31,961 nucleotides of DNA from Myxococcota bacterium (GCA_036339465.1 JAYZAY010000096.1:1-31961), one strand, 5' to 3'. Shown: positions 16,788 through 26,822, counted from the stretch's first letter. The notes: generated by a model from the sequence alone, not told the origin. Numbers and translations are program-made.

Positions 16788-19397
16788 TTAAAGGAACTGA
16801 CCTACGGATTCGCACAAAGATTTGAGTGCCTCGGCCGAATAGTTTGGTGACAACGAAACCGTTTTTTTTCTGCCTTCTTCTTTAAGCACGATCACATTGG
16901 TTTTAGCCAACCAATTAATGCAAGATTCCACCAAGGTTTGGTTGGCTGCTTCGGGTCGAGATATGAGACCTTCGAGATAGAAGCGTTTACAATGTTCCAT
17001 GCAACGAGCTTTTAGCTCCTTATCCCAGAGAGGGAATTCTTGAAGTATGTCGAGGGATTTAATTGTAGCCCAGTAAGCTTCTACAAAGACATCGAGAAAA
17101 GATGCAAGCATCTCGAGGGTTTCACGTTCTTTTATAACGATCATGGGAGATTCATTTGGACCAGACAAATCGATGAAACTGCGAATGGAAAATGCGGCGA
17201 CAGTTTCTTCGAAAGCCACTTCTAGTGTGGTGGTCGTAGAATATACAAATTCATTCCTAAAGAGTTTATTCAGAACTTTGGAATGTTCCATTACTCGTTC
17301 GAGGGATACTTCCGGTTCTGACTCATGCAGTATAGCGCGGGCAAGTATGGAGCCAGGGATAAAATGGTTGATTGTTGTGTTTTTGTGGAAGGCCATGGGA
17401 ACGCGCTGTTCCTCGAGAATATAATAGATCGGTTCTGAACGGGATTTTTCTATGTCATCTACTTTTAGTATCCCGTCATCGGATAGCTTTTTCGCGGCTT
17501 CTAGAATCGCTGCATCTCGTGTGGATTCTTGTGCTAGGGGTGTTGAGAATCGTGCCCCACAACCATCCAGGTAATGCAGAAGAATACGTGCTTGGGCCAA
17601 TAAACGGCCTTCTGCTATGCTGCGGCCACGGTGGTTAAGTATAACTGTGGCAACGATAGTTGTCGGGGTGACCGTTGATACCTTAGATACACCGTAGAGT
17701 ATTTCGTATCCGAGCTGTTGTGTGAACCTTCTTTGCCTATCTGCATTGCCTCTCAAGCTGTCTTGGTCGACCTTTTTGTGCGTCGCATAATGCTTCAAGG
17801 AGATGGGTGTGCCAAACTGTAAGTGAAGCCTTCCAAATTTCGATTGTAGGACACTCGTGGTTCGGATCAGTCCGCTTAGGTTTTCTTTCTGTTTCGATTT
17901 TCCTTTTAACTCTTTGTCATAAGACTTTGATTCTATTATTTTTTCGTAATCGATTGATACGGGAACGAATGTGAGATCCTCTTGAACGCCGTCAGTCCAG
18001 GCTTCCAGCAACATGGATAGGATTCCAAACTTTGGCGGCAATAGTTTTCCTGTACGAGTTCGTGTACCTTCAAGGAAGAACTCGATGGAAACACCAGTTC
18101 GAACCAGCTCGGCGATATAGGCTTTAAATACCGTGCTGTAGAGTACATTGTTCCGAAAAGAGCGGCGCAGAAAGAAAGCGCCGCTTCCTCTAAATACGGT
18201 TCCCAACGGAAAAAATGATAAATTGATTCCGGCGGCGATATGCGGCGGTACCATGCCATATCGCCATAGAAGGTGAGAAAGAGCGAGATAATCAACATGA
18301 CTTCTATGGCTGGGGCAGAAGATCAAGGGGCCATCCCTCCCCGCGTCCAAGAGTTTCCGGAACCCCTGGTAGTCGAAATAAACCCCACTGTAAATTCGGT
18401 TGAGGATTAGAGATACTGCCGAATCAACGAATCGAAGCATGTTGACGTGGTAGCGCGCGGCTATTTCACGAATGTATTGGCCAGCGAGATGTTCAACTTG
18501 CTGAATGGATTGTTTTTTGGCTTCCGCCTGCTGCTGGATGACTTCTCGTAGACTTGGCGTTCGTAATACGTGCCGAGCTGTTATTTGGTGATTGGGAAGT
18601 TCTGGTCCCGCTACAACTCTTTCTTCGGAGGTTAGTCTCCGATTAAGACTATGGGAGATCTTTCTTGCCAATTTGGAGAATTCATGACCGGGGTTCTCCC
18701 TAAGCACTTCCATGAGATTCATGGGCTCAGCCACTCTGACGAACGCGGTTTTCGGACTGGTTACGCGTAATGCCAAGGCTCTGAGTGCCCCGGGTCGACG
18801 ACGGGAACCGAAGATTCTATCTGTGAGGCTCCATTCGATCATGCCGCTATGGGCTCTGTCAGTTAGCACGTGAGGCAAGATGTAGATTGGTTTATCGAGT
18901 TGATTTTGTAGGGTGAGTAATACGCGAAGATAATCGTTGGGCGATCGCTTTCTTTTTTTACGAGGCCCACTTCTTGGGTGGAGCATTAGAAAGGAGGTTG
19001 CTCCATTACTCACAGCGGAGGCGTAGGCAACTTCTTCGGGATTATAGGCCGCATCCATGGATACGCCAGGCGGCAGCGCGGGTACTTTTTGCTTGCTAAG
19101 AATGACTTCCCACAATTTCCGAAATGGTCGCCAGAGAATCAAACTTAGGCCGGCTAGGACATCGACCTGTGGAAGGCTCAATTCACGGATGGCATATCGA
19201 AGATATAGGTATAACCAAACAGAAGGAGCGCGTGCGACATAAACGAGAATACCTTGCTGTGAGAGCTTCTTAATATCCCTTGTCGCGGCCTCAGGATAGT
19301 CGATGTGTTCAAAGATCCTGCGAAAAAACCAGTGCTCGACTTTGTGGAGGAACTTGGTTCGCGCTGGAAGCTTGGTTATATAGGGGGGCATTTCCAT
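16788..19397 (-). CDS. plsB: Glycerol-3-phosphate 1-O-acyltransferase PlsB-type
   Basis: PSHRSHVDY (HxxxxD), PHIAAGINL, GAFFLRRSF, FFLEGTRTRTGK, VPVSIDYEKIIE; 869 aa. Confidence 0.92.
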   Translation of the reverse strand: MEMPPYITKLPARTKFLHKVEHWFFRRIFEHIDYPEAATRDIKKLSQQGILVYVARAPSVWLYLYLRYAIRELSLPQVDVLAGLSLILWRPFRKLWEVILSKQKVPALPPGVSMDAAYNPEEVAYASAVSNGATSFLMLHPRSGPRKKRKRSPNDYLRVLLTLQNQLDKPIYILPHVLTDRAHSGMIEWSLTDRIFGSRRRPGALRALALRVTSPKTAFVRVAEPMNLMEVLRENPGHEFSKLARKISHSLNRRLTSEERVVAGPELPNHQITARHVLRTPSLREVIQQQAEAKKQSIQQVEHLAGQYIREIAARYHVNMLRFVDSAVSLILNRIYSGVYFDYQGFRKLLDAGRDGPLIFCPSHRSHVDYLALSHLLWRYGMVPPHIAAGINLSFFPLGTVFRGSGAFFLRRSFRNNVLYSTVFKAYIAELVRTGVSIEFFLEGTRTRTGKLLPPKFGILSMLLEAWTDGVQEDLTFVPVSIDYEKIIESKSYDKELKGKSKQKENLSGLIRTTSVLQSKFGRLHLQFGTPISLKHYATHKKVDQDSLRGNADRQRRFTQQLGYEILYGVSKVSTVTPTTIVATVILNHRGRSIAEGRLLAQARILLHYLDGCGARFSTPLAQESTRDAAILEAAKKLSDDGILKVDDIEKSRSEPIYYILEEQRVPMAFHKNTTINHFIPGSILARAILHESEPEVSLERVMEHSKVLNKLFRNEFVYSTTTTLEVAFEETVAAFSIRSFIDLSGPNESPMIVIKERETLEMLASFLDVFVEAYWATIKSLDILQEFPLWDKELKARCMEHCKRFYLEGLISRPEAANQTLVESCINWLAKTNVIVLKEEGRKKTVSLSPNYSAEALKSLCESVGQFL

Positions 19398-19429
19398 TTC
19401 TCTTTTAACTACCCGTGACTGGTGGGAGG

Positions 19430-19903
19430 CTAAGATGCGACTTTGTGATTTGAGGCTGAATCAGGTGCAACGCTAGCTTTACTGAGGCTTTCTCGGTTGG
19501 CGTCTCTTAGACGGCGAGTCAAAACCTTAATGATGCCTTGGGCAATTTCAGGTTTTTCGGACAATATTTCTGAAAAATCATTTTGTTGGATTCTTAGTGC
19601 GGTGACCTGAGTCAGTGCTGTGACCGATGCAGATCTTGGTTCGGAGTCGAGAATAGCCATTTCGCCGAAAAATTGTTGGCTTCCCAGGGTGGTAATCTGG
19701 TGGTTTCCAACATGAACTTTGACTTCACCGTTGATAAGCAGGTACATCGAGTCCCCTGCCTCGCCTTCACTTACGATGGATTGGGTGGGGGAGACATCAA
19801 TTTCCTCAGTGATTCTAGCGACATGTGACAGGTCTTCACTCGGGATATTTCCAAAAAGTGCCACGCTCTTTAGGAACAAAATCTTCTCTACGGTGCTAAT
19901 CAC
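19430..19903 (-). CDS. Stand-alone cyclic-nucleotide-binding domain protein
   Basis: EGEAGDSMYLLINGEVKV...FFGEMAILDSEPRSASV phosphate-binding cassette, no HTH. Start likely GTG at 19903 (GAGGT upstream) rather than 19918. Confidence 0.92.
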   Translation of the reverse strand: MISTVEKILFLKSVALFGNIPSEDLSHVARITEEIDVSPTQSIVSEGEAGDSMYLLINGEVKVHVGNHQITTLGSQQFFGEMAILDSEPRSASVTALTQVTALRIQQNDFSEILSEKPEIAQGIIKVLTRRLRDANRESLSKASVAPDSASNHKVAS

Positions 19904-19956
19904 GTTCCAATACCTCACTGAGACTCGTGAAAACTTCTATATCATTGTAGGAGAGG

Positions 19957-20613
19957 GTGAAAGCATCAATTTCGTTGACTTTAACGGACCGAATTGAGGT
20001 TAGAATAAGCCAGATGGGTTTCACTACAACAACTGACACACTGATTTTCGATGATCTTCTGGAGAAATATTCGCTGCTTTTCGAGCTTCGACTTGAGAGA
20101 GAATCGCTCGAAAATGAGGGCACTTATCGCTTGGAGGGTGAGGCGGCTGAGGCTCGGCGATTCAAGATGCAGAACGCAGCGAATAAATACCCAGGTAGCT
20201 TAAGAGAGCTCGAATCTCGAAATGTGTCAAACTTAAGAAAATTATTGGAGTTCCTAATTGAGGGGGAAAAGGAGGGGCTATACCCTGAAGATTGTAGACT
20301 CTGGGGCTACCAGGTTTGGTGGTTTCATATGGTGTTGAAGCTTGTGAAGTGTTGGCGGCGTTTGAATAGAGAGGGCCGGTGTGGGCAGGCAATGCGAGTG
20401 GAGTCCTACGTTCGAGTAGTGGCTCTTCAAACTATCGAGATTCAGTATTTGTTAGAATGCTTAGAAGCGTATTCTTCGGATTCAAGAGTCCGGATTTTTT
20501 CCGCAGTCGAACTTGCGATGGAGCTGGCTGGGAGGGTATTGGAAGTAAAAGCCGAGACTATCGGAGCAGCACTCCAAGGTCTCCCTAACAGTTTGAGAGA
20601 AGAGAGTTCATAG
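19957..20613 (+). CDS. Hypothetical helical protein
   Basis: 218-codon ORF whose TAG overlaps the GTG of the next gene at 20613. No recognised motif. Start could be ATG 20014. Confidence 0.65.
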   Translation: MKASISLTLTDRIEVRISQMGFTTTTDTLIFDDLLEKYSLLFELRLERESLENEGTYRLEGEAAEARRFKMQNAANKYPGSLRELESRNVSNLRKLLEFLIEGEKEGLYPEDCRLWGYQVWWFHMVLKLVKCWRRLNREGRCGQAMRVESYVRVVALQTIEIQYLLECLEAYSSDSRVRIFSAVELAMELAGRVLEVKAETIGAALQGLPNSLREESS

Positions 20614-21446
20614 TGGCTAGTGAAGCGATGGTGGAAGAGGTGATAAAGAGTCTTCGGTTTCAAGACGAACTTGGTTTGAATGGAGAATTTCAGACTCCAA
20701 ACTTAATTTCCAGGTATTTACAAACTTCACCAAGAACAGAGTCGATGGCGAGGCCTAAATGTGGCGGTACGAGCAAAGCCGCGAAGGAATTTTCGAGCGT
20801 GGAGGTGCCGCCGAGCTCCACGAAAGTTTCCAATGAAGGGTTGGCTTCGATAGAGCTTCGCGATCGTTGTGGTGAACTTCATGGGGCGAAGGCTTTGAGT
20901 GAAGTTAAGAATCTTCTTGGAGATTGCCGTCGTTGTAAATTGTCGGCACATCGTACACATCTAGTTTTTGGGGTTGGGAGCCCCACAGCCGATCTTATGT
21001 TCGTAGGGGAAGGCCCCGGGCGAGACGAGGACCTTCAGGGCGAGCCTTTTGTTGGCAAGGCAGGTAAGCTCTTAGATCGGATGATTGGCGCCATGGGGTT
21101 AAAGAGATTGGATGTTTATATTGCGAACGTTGTCAAATGTCGACCGCCTAGAAATCGTGATCCCGAACCAGAGGAAGTATTGTCTTGCCAACCTTATTTG
21201 AAGGCCCAGATTCAGGCTGTACAGCCAAAAGTAGTGGTTGTGATGGGAAGGTATGCAGCCCAAACTCTTCTGCAGACAAGTACGCCTATTTCACGGTTAA
21301 GAGGACGATGGGCGGAGTATGAGGGAATTGCTTTAATGCCCACCTTTCATCCTGCCTATTTGCTGCGCAACCCGGCCGAGAAGAAGCCTGTTTGGACGGA
21401 CTTACAGGCGGTTATGGCCAAGCTTAATTTACCTATTCCAAGTTAG
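20613..21446 (+). CDS. Uracil-DNA glycosylase, family 4 (Fe-S)
   Basis: CRRCKL, VFGVG, VGEGPG, PFVGKAG, NVVKCRPPRNRDP, TFHPAYLLRNP, with a low-complexity N-terminal extension. Confidence 0.95.
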   Translation: MASEAMVEEVIKSLRFQDELGLNGEFQTPNLISRYLQTSPRTESMARPKCGGTSKAAKEFSSVEVPPSSTKVSNEGLASIELRDRCGELHGAKALSEVKNLLGDCRRCKLSAHRTHLVFGVGSPTADLMFVGEGPGRDEDLQGEPFVGKAGKLLDRMIGAMGLKRLDVYIANVVKCRPPRNRDPEPEEVLSCQPYLKAQIQAVQPKVVVVMGRYAAQTLLQTSTPISRLRGRWAEYEGIALMPTFHPAYLLRNPAEKKPVWTDLQAVMAKLNLPIPS

Positions 21447-21507
21447 TTAGCTCGCCTTTTCATCCTAGAAGCTTGTGGTACCTTAGGTAGCCCGGTAGTT
21501 TCAATGC

Positions 21508-22644
21508 GTGGCAAATCGATTTGGAACACGAATTGTATTCTTTTGGGGATTAGGGCTCTATATTGGTTGCGCTTCCAACGTGGCCTCAACTTCAAAAACC
21601 GTTTCCAAAGTTGAGGTCGAGCCAACAATGATTAAGGCTGTACCGGATGCAGATCTTGGTTTGAAGACCTATGATCCGGAACTCCTTTTCCATTTGGCGG
21701 GAGAACAAGAGCGCCAGAAGAAGAAATCCAGTGCGGAAAAGTTGTACCTTAAGCTCTTGAAAGAGTTCCCGACCAGTCGATTTGTTGAGGCTGCTAGGTA
21801 TAATTTGGGATTACTGCTCGAAGACAAGAAATTATTTAGGAGGGCGAGTGAAGAGTATGAAGAGATCCTTCAAGGCTATAAGGGGTTAGGAAGCGACGAA
21901 CTACCTCAAATTTGGGTTGATACGCGTCTTCGACTTGGAGTTTGTTACTACAAGTTGGGGGCTTTTGGAGCCTCTGCTACCAGTTTTAGTATTTTAGCAG
22001 AGCAGACGTGGGTTGATTTAGAAGAGCGCGTGGAAGCCTATATGGGTTTAGGAATCGCCTTACAAAAGACGGATAGGGAAGAAGAGACTGAGGCTGCCTT
22101 GACCCGGGCTTTATCTTTGGCTCGCAGACTTATGAGGCGGGGACAACGCGACGAAAGACGATTTGGGGCTGAAGCCGCATTTCGTTTGGGATTGATATCG
22201 GCAAAACGTTTCAGGGACACAAGCCTGGAATTTCCCATGGCTCTATTGCGAAAACGCTTGGAGGAAAAATGTCGTTTTTTACTTGAGGCGCAGAGTCGGT
22301 ACCTTCGGGCCGTTAGGATGGGAGATGTTCAAACAATTTCAGCGGCGGGGTTGAATATTGGAAAGTTGTACGAAGGGCTCTATCGAGAGATTATTCAATT
22401 ACAACCACCGCAAAACCTGACGGAGTTTGAGGTTGAAGTATACAACGAGGAAGTTAAGCGTAAAGTTCTAGTTCTCTTACGTAAAGCGATCAAGGTTTAT
22501 GAAAAGGCAGCGAGAGTTTCTCGTCGCTTAGCGCGAAAAAACCCATGGCTCAAGAAACTTGAACAATCGTTGACAACCATAAGAAAATTGTACCTTAAAG
22601 CTGAAGATGAATTGGCCGCAGCTGATGCGATGATGGATGGTTAA
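21508..22644 (+). CDS. TPR-repeat lipoprotein
   Basis: Lipobox-like LYIG|C after a hydrophobic stretch, and TPR helices (FPTSRFVEAARYNLG, RLRLGVCYYKLG, EAYMGLGIAL, EAAFRLG). Confidence 0.85.
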   Translation: MANRFGTRIVFFWGLGLYIGCASNVASTSKTVSKVEVEPTMIKAVPDADLGLKTYDPELLFHLAGEQERQKKKSSAEKLYLKLLKEFPTSRFVEAARYNLGLLLEDKKLFRRASEEYEEILQGYKGLGSDELPQIWVDTRLRLGVCYYKLGAFGASATSFSILAEQTWVDLEERVEAYMGLGIALQKTDREEETEAALTRALSLARRLMRRGQRDERRFGAEAAFRLGLISAKRFRDTSLEFPMALLRKRLEEKCRFLLEAQSRYLRAVRMGDVQTISAAGLNIGKLYEGLYREIIQLQPPQNLTEFEVEVYNEEVKRKVLVLLRKAIKVYEKAARVSRRLARKNPWLKKLEQSLTTIRKLYLKAEDELAAADAMMDG

Positions 22645-22656
22645 TCTCTCTCGGTC

Positions 22657-22685
22657 TTGACCAAAGTCTTCACCTTCAGTAGAAT
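22657..22685 (+). promoter_or_regulatory. Sigma70-type promoter for the hypothetical-aspartokinase unit
   Basis: TTGACC (22657-62) - 17 nt - TAGAAT (22680-85), 33 nt before ATG 22719. Confidence 0.7.
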
Positions 22686-22718
22686 GCCCTGGAATCGTTT
22701 ACCCTAACCAGTGAACCA

Positions 22719-23249
22719 ATGAATTTTTCAATTGATTACGAATTTAGCTTCTCAGATAAAACTCTCAGGGGAAAAGACTTAGCCTCGGATTACGAATCGC
22801 ATCGTTCGGATCTGGCAGATATTGTCATGCTCTCGGGGAGAATTGCTTTTGAAATTAATGGGCAAGCCCATACGGGTGACTATGAGGAACCAGTGGTTCG
22901 TTTGGTCGGCCAATGGATTCGAAAGCTCCAATGGATCATTAGTGGCGATACCGAAACCATTCCATTTAGAGATAGTGAACAGTGTTTTGGTTTTATGCCC
23001 GCTGGTCAAGGAGTGGAGTTTAGCCAGTTCTATGGCACTGAGCTTGAGGTTGACGAGTATGTTATCGAGCCGGTGACCATTAGATTGGATAAGCTGGTTG
23101 GTGAGAGCCTGATTATGGGCGAGCGGTTACTTGAATTGATCGCCAAGATTGATGAGAGTCTACTTCGTTCGGATGAGTATTGTTCTGAGCTAAAGGGTGA
23201 CCTAGAAGAAGCTCGCCAAGCTTGGCGTGATTATGAGTTGCACCGTTAA
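22719..23249 (+). CDS. Hypothetical acidic cytoplasmic protein
   Basis: 176-aa ATG ORF with protein-like composition, directly after a near-consensus promoter and 29 nt before the aspartokinase gene. Confidence 0.8.
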   Translation: MNFSIDYEFSFSDKTLRGKDLASDYESHRSDLADIVMLSGRIAFEINGQAHTGDYEEPVVRLVGQWIRKLQWIISGDTETIPFRDSEQCFGFMPAGQGVEFSQFYGTELEVDEYVIEPVTIRLDKLVGESLIMGERLLELIAKIDESLLRSDEYCSELKGDLEEARQAWRDYELHR

Positions 23250-23278
23250 AGATTGACCGAAAGCGCTAGAACCTACCG

Positions 23279-24448
23279 ATGCCTGTTATTGTCCAGAAGT
23301 ATGGTGGTAGCTCTCTGGCTACGCCCGACATGATCCGTGATGTTGCCCTACAAATTGTAGAGCGGAGGCGTCAGGGGTATCAGTTGGTTGTAGTCGTAAG
23401 TGCTATGGGAAAGACGACGAATGGTCTATTAGACTTGGCCCATGAGGTTTCTTCTGCTCCCTCCATGCGGGAATTAGATATGTTGGTGACTGCAGGTGAG
23501 CGGATTTCCATGGCGCTCGTAAGCATGTCTATTGGAGCACTCGGAGAAAAAGCAATTTCCTTTACGGGTAGTCAATCAGGAATTGTGACCGAAGATTCTC
23601 ACCAAGGAGCGAGTATTGTTGAGGTTCGCCCGACTCGGATTCGTGCGGCTCTTGATGGTGGTAACATCGTCATCGTTGCTGGTTACCAAGGAGTAAGTCT
23701 TAAACGCGAAGTTACGACATTAGGACGTGGGGGGTCCGATACAACTGCGGTTGCATTAACTGCCGCCCTTAGTGCTGAGGCTTGTGAAATCTATTCGGAC
23801 GTCGATGGAGTATATTCAGCAGATCCAAGGGTTTGTCCCCAGGCACGGCTACTGCGAGAGCTTAACTATGAGGTGATGGAAGAACTTTCTCGAGCGGGTG
23901 CTCGGGTGCTTAATCTAAGCGCTGTCAAGTTTGCTCAACAAGCAGGTATTGTCCTTCACGCTAGGAAAACAGGGGATCGCTCGGGGCGAGAGACGGTCAT
24001 TTCGGGGCGATGGAAATCGCCAAAATCTGTTTTGGCTGTGGTGGGGGCAACAAATTGTTTTTGGAGTCGTGGAGCCTCCCAAGAAGTTGGACGCATTAGG
24101 GAAAACTTTGAGGGTGAACGAGGTCGTTGTGTGTGGTTCGTCGATTCATCCAGCCATACTTCAATGCTTGGTACGACTGAGGATATAACAGCCGAGCGTC
24201 TTCAGGATCTTGCTAGAGACTACTCCAACGAAAAATTAGACAATATTTTTGTTGATTCAGTGAGTTTGATTGGCGAGAACTTGCCGACTTTGGGTGATAT
24301 TAAGGGTTTGTTGAAAAAGTATCATCGAGAGATACTCGGTGTGTATAGCGGAGAAAAAAGCCTTACTCTTCTATTTGAGCTAGGCTCGTCTTCGGAAGTT
24401 GTGCCTCTTTTACACGATGCGTATATTGATTCACGATGCGTGTATTGA
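23279..24448 (+). CDS. lysC: Aspartate kinase
   Basis: [47 protein letters not shown]. The C-terminal regulatory region is divergent. Confidence 0.95.
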   Translation: MPVIVQKYGGSSLATPDMIRDVALQIVERRRQGYQLVVVVSAMGKTTNGLLDLAHEVSSAPSMRELDMLVTAGERISMALVSMSIGALGEKAISFTGSQSGIVTEDSHQGASIVEVRPTRIRAALDGGNIVIVAGYQGVSLKREVTTLGRGGSDTTAVALTAALSAEACEIYSDVDGVYSADPRVCPQARLLRELNYEVMEELSRAGARVLNLSAVKFAQQAGIVLHARKTGDRSGRETVISGRWKSPKSVLAVVGATNCFWSRGASQEVGRIRENFEGERGRCVWFVDSSSHTSMLGTTEDITAERLQDLARDYSNEKLDNIFVDSVSLIGENLPTLGDIKGLLKKYHREILGVYSGEKSLTLLFELGSSSEVVPLLHDAYIDSRCVY

Positions 24449-24460
24449 TTGCGATAATTC

Positions 24461-25393
24461 TCAGATGCATTGAGACACTTGAGAACGAACTTCCTTGTTT
24501 TTTTTCACGTCTGTTTCATACCCAGTTCCTTGAGTTTCTTGAAGCTGCAGCCCAAGTCGGTCGCTGAGCTCATGAAACAATGCGAGGTACCCAAGCGCTC
24601 CTGGACTTTTAGGGGCGTATGCGAAGATGTGTTTGCCTGCGAGGTGTGCCTTATTGACTGCGGAACTCTGTGGAATCTTACTTTTTAGCAGTTTATGTCC
24701 GTAGAGGTCATTCATGCTTTGCTCTATATCTGAATTCATTCTGGTAGCTCGACCGTCTACCCGCGTGGCAACAATGCCACATACTTCCAAAGGTCTACCC
24801 AGCCTGGTTCGAAGGGTGTCCACTGTTACAAGGATATCGCCGACGCCCTCGACGGCTAAGACCGACATGTCAGATGGAATTAAAAGCTTATCTGCAGCAC
24901 AGAGCGCGTTAAGGGTTATCGTTCCTAAGTTGGGGGGACAATCCAAGATAATTATATCGTAGCGACTTCGAGTGACAGCGAGTGCTCCTTCAAGAATGAG
25001 CTCTTTACCTATTTTTGCAGATAGAATCATCTCTGTTTCGGCCAGTGCTTTATCAGATCCGGCCACATGCAGATTTTTATACTGGGATGGTTGTGCTACC
25101 TCGCAAACCTCTCGCGTTTTTCCGAGAAGTACGTCTGACAAGGTGTTTCCATTGGGGCGCTGAATGCGAAGAGATGCAGCTACGTGGGCTTGAGGGTCCA
25201 AGTCAACAAGTAGTGTCTTGAAGCCGCCTTGTGCAAATGACGCTGCCAAGTTTACGGAAGTTGTTGTCTTCCCAACGCCGCCTTTTGAAGATGCCACGGC
25301 AATGGTTACTGCATCTTTGTTACCTTCAGGTAGCGATTCCGCCATCAAATTGCGTAATCTTCCAGCAATTCTATCCCTAATGTTCGCAGCCAT
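24461..25393 (-). CDS. ParA/Soj-family ATPase (orphan)
   Basis: Deviant Walker A KGGVGKTT, DLDPQAH, DCPPNLG. Start ATG 25393 follows GGAGGTG. Confidence 0.93.
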   Translation of the reverse strand: MAANIRDRIAGRLRNLMAESLPEGNKDAVTIAVASSKGGVGKTTTSVNLAASFAQGGFKTLLVDLDPQAHVAASLRIQRPNGNTLSDVLLGKTREVCEVAQPSQYKNLHVAGSDKALAETEMILSAKIGKELILEGALAVTRSRYDIIILDCPPNLGTITLNALCAADKLLIPSDMSVLAVEGVGDILVTVDTLRTRLGRPLEVCGIVATRVDGRATRMNSDIEQSMNDLYGHKLLKSKIPQSSAVNKAHLAGKHIFAYAPKSPGALGYLALFHELSDRLGLQLQETQGTGYETDVKKNKEVRSQVSQCI

Positions 25394-25627
25394 GTTCCAC
25401 CTCCATGCTACGTGTACCAATCAATGCGAATGACACGATGCGCTATTAATAATTAACATGAATAACATAGGCCCGCAATTAGAGTTGAGGGCTATCGTTA
25501 GAAATAAAATGCTTAATCCCTATTTTCGTACAGACTTAATAAATGAGGTTTCAACGAGTCTTCTCGATGTTAACCTCTTAGGCCTTTTGGGACATCTTGA
25601 TATGAAAGGTGCAGTCCATCGATATCT

Positions 25628-26537
25628 CTAAGTATTATCTGTTCGCTGAATGGCGTCAGTAACCATCTCTTGCACGACAGCTTTTTCTTCGGAGTTCAAA
25701 AATGATACGCCAAAGCGAGTCAATTTGCGACTGAGTATCTCTCTAACCATGCCCACCGGACCCTCCAGAGTTTCCCGTAGTTTCGCGTTTGTATCCGTAT
25801 CAATGCCAGAGAGTTGGCCAGGCTTTATCGAAAGCGTTGCAAGATTTTGGAGGATATCTGGGTGTTCGGCGATGCCGGAATACAATGAGCTAAGTACGTC
25901 GATAAATGTTGCGGCTCAGATTAAGGCGACCCAATCGTGGCCGGTGAGTTTCGAGTTTTCGTCCGGTGTTGATAATATCGCCATTGGTTGGGTTTGAGCC
26001 GTGGGCAATTTAGACGGAGCTTTGGGCAAGAAAGCTTTTTTTGTCAGTTTTGTGGTTGGAATTTTGTCAGCGGTGGGGCTCGATGGCATTTGTGCTGGGA
26101 CTGTTGTCTCATGTGCGAATATTTGAGGAAGCACTACCCAAGGGATCTGAACTCCATTTCCGGTGTTTTTTATTCATTGTCATGTTCCAATCCTAAAAAC
26201 GAAATGGTGGTGGTATCTTCTGTGATGGGTTGTAAGGTGTTAGCGCGGCGTTTGATGATGGTGGTATGTGTGATGTCTCTGCAGGCTTGAGTCTGGTTTT
26301 CACTCGCTTTCCGCCTGACGGTGTGTGTCTTTTCCACTGATTTGGGTGAGGTGAGTGGGTGACCCGATTGGCGGGAGCGTTTTACTTTAGCGCCAGAGAC
26401 ACTATCTGAATCTTGGGTTGGTAGCAGCTGTGGTCTTTTGGAGGCTGTTTTGACTCTGTTTTGATTCGGTTCTTTGGGGAAGTCGAGGTTTGGGGGTTGT
26501 TCTTCCCTATGATTTTGAATTTATTCGAAGCCACCAT
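25628..26537 (-). pseudogene. Fragmented hypothetical gene with a Pro/Thr/Lys-rich region
   Basis: Track ORFs 25916-26134 and 25628-25885 share a frame and are separated by a single TGA (25916-18). More open stretches (26520 to about 26170; ATG 26537 directly after the upstream stop) continue 5' with stops and frameshifts. Confidence 0.55.
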
Positions 26538-26822
26538 TCAGAAGGGTTGATAGAGAATCACCGTTTGATGAATTAACAGCCGGTGGTAAGAGTGAATGGA
26601 GGCTATCCCAATGGCGATGTCGAAGGGATGAAGGGCTAATAGGCTCAGGAGACCCAGGAGAATTGCGGTGGATTCTTCGATAAAGCGGAGTTCTTTCCGG
26701 AACTGGGTCAATTTATCGATTAGGTCCAATTCGTGGTTGGACAATCCTGCTAGTTCCGCGAGTGAAATGCTTCCCCTAGCCAATGCATCGGTCAGCCAAT
26801 CGGAGGGGGGGAGGGCAGCCAT
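26538..26822 (-). pseudogene. Short or truncated SycD/LcrH-like (type III secretion chaperone) TPR protein
   Basis: LARGSISLAELAGLSNHELDLI...EESTAILLGLLSLLALHPFD resembles the N-terminus and first TPR of SycD/LcrH-like chaperones. Only 94 aa, and the tail does not look TPR-like. Confidence 0.4.
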
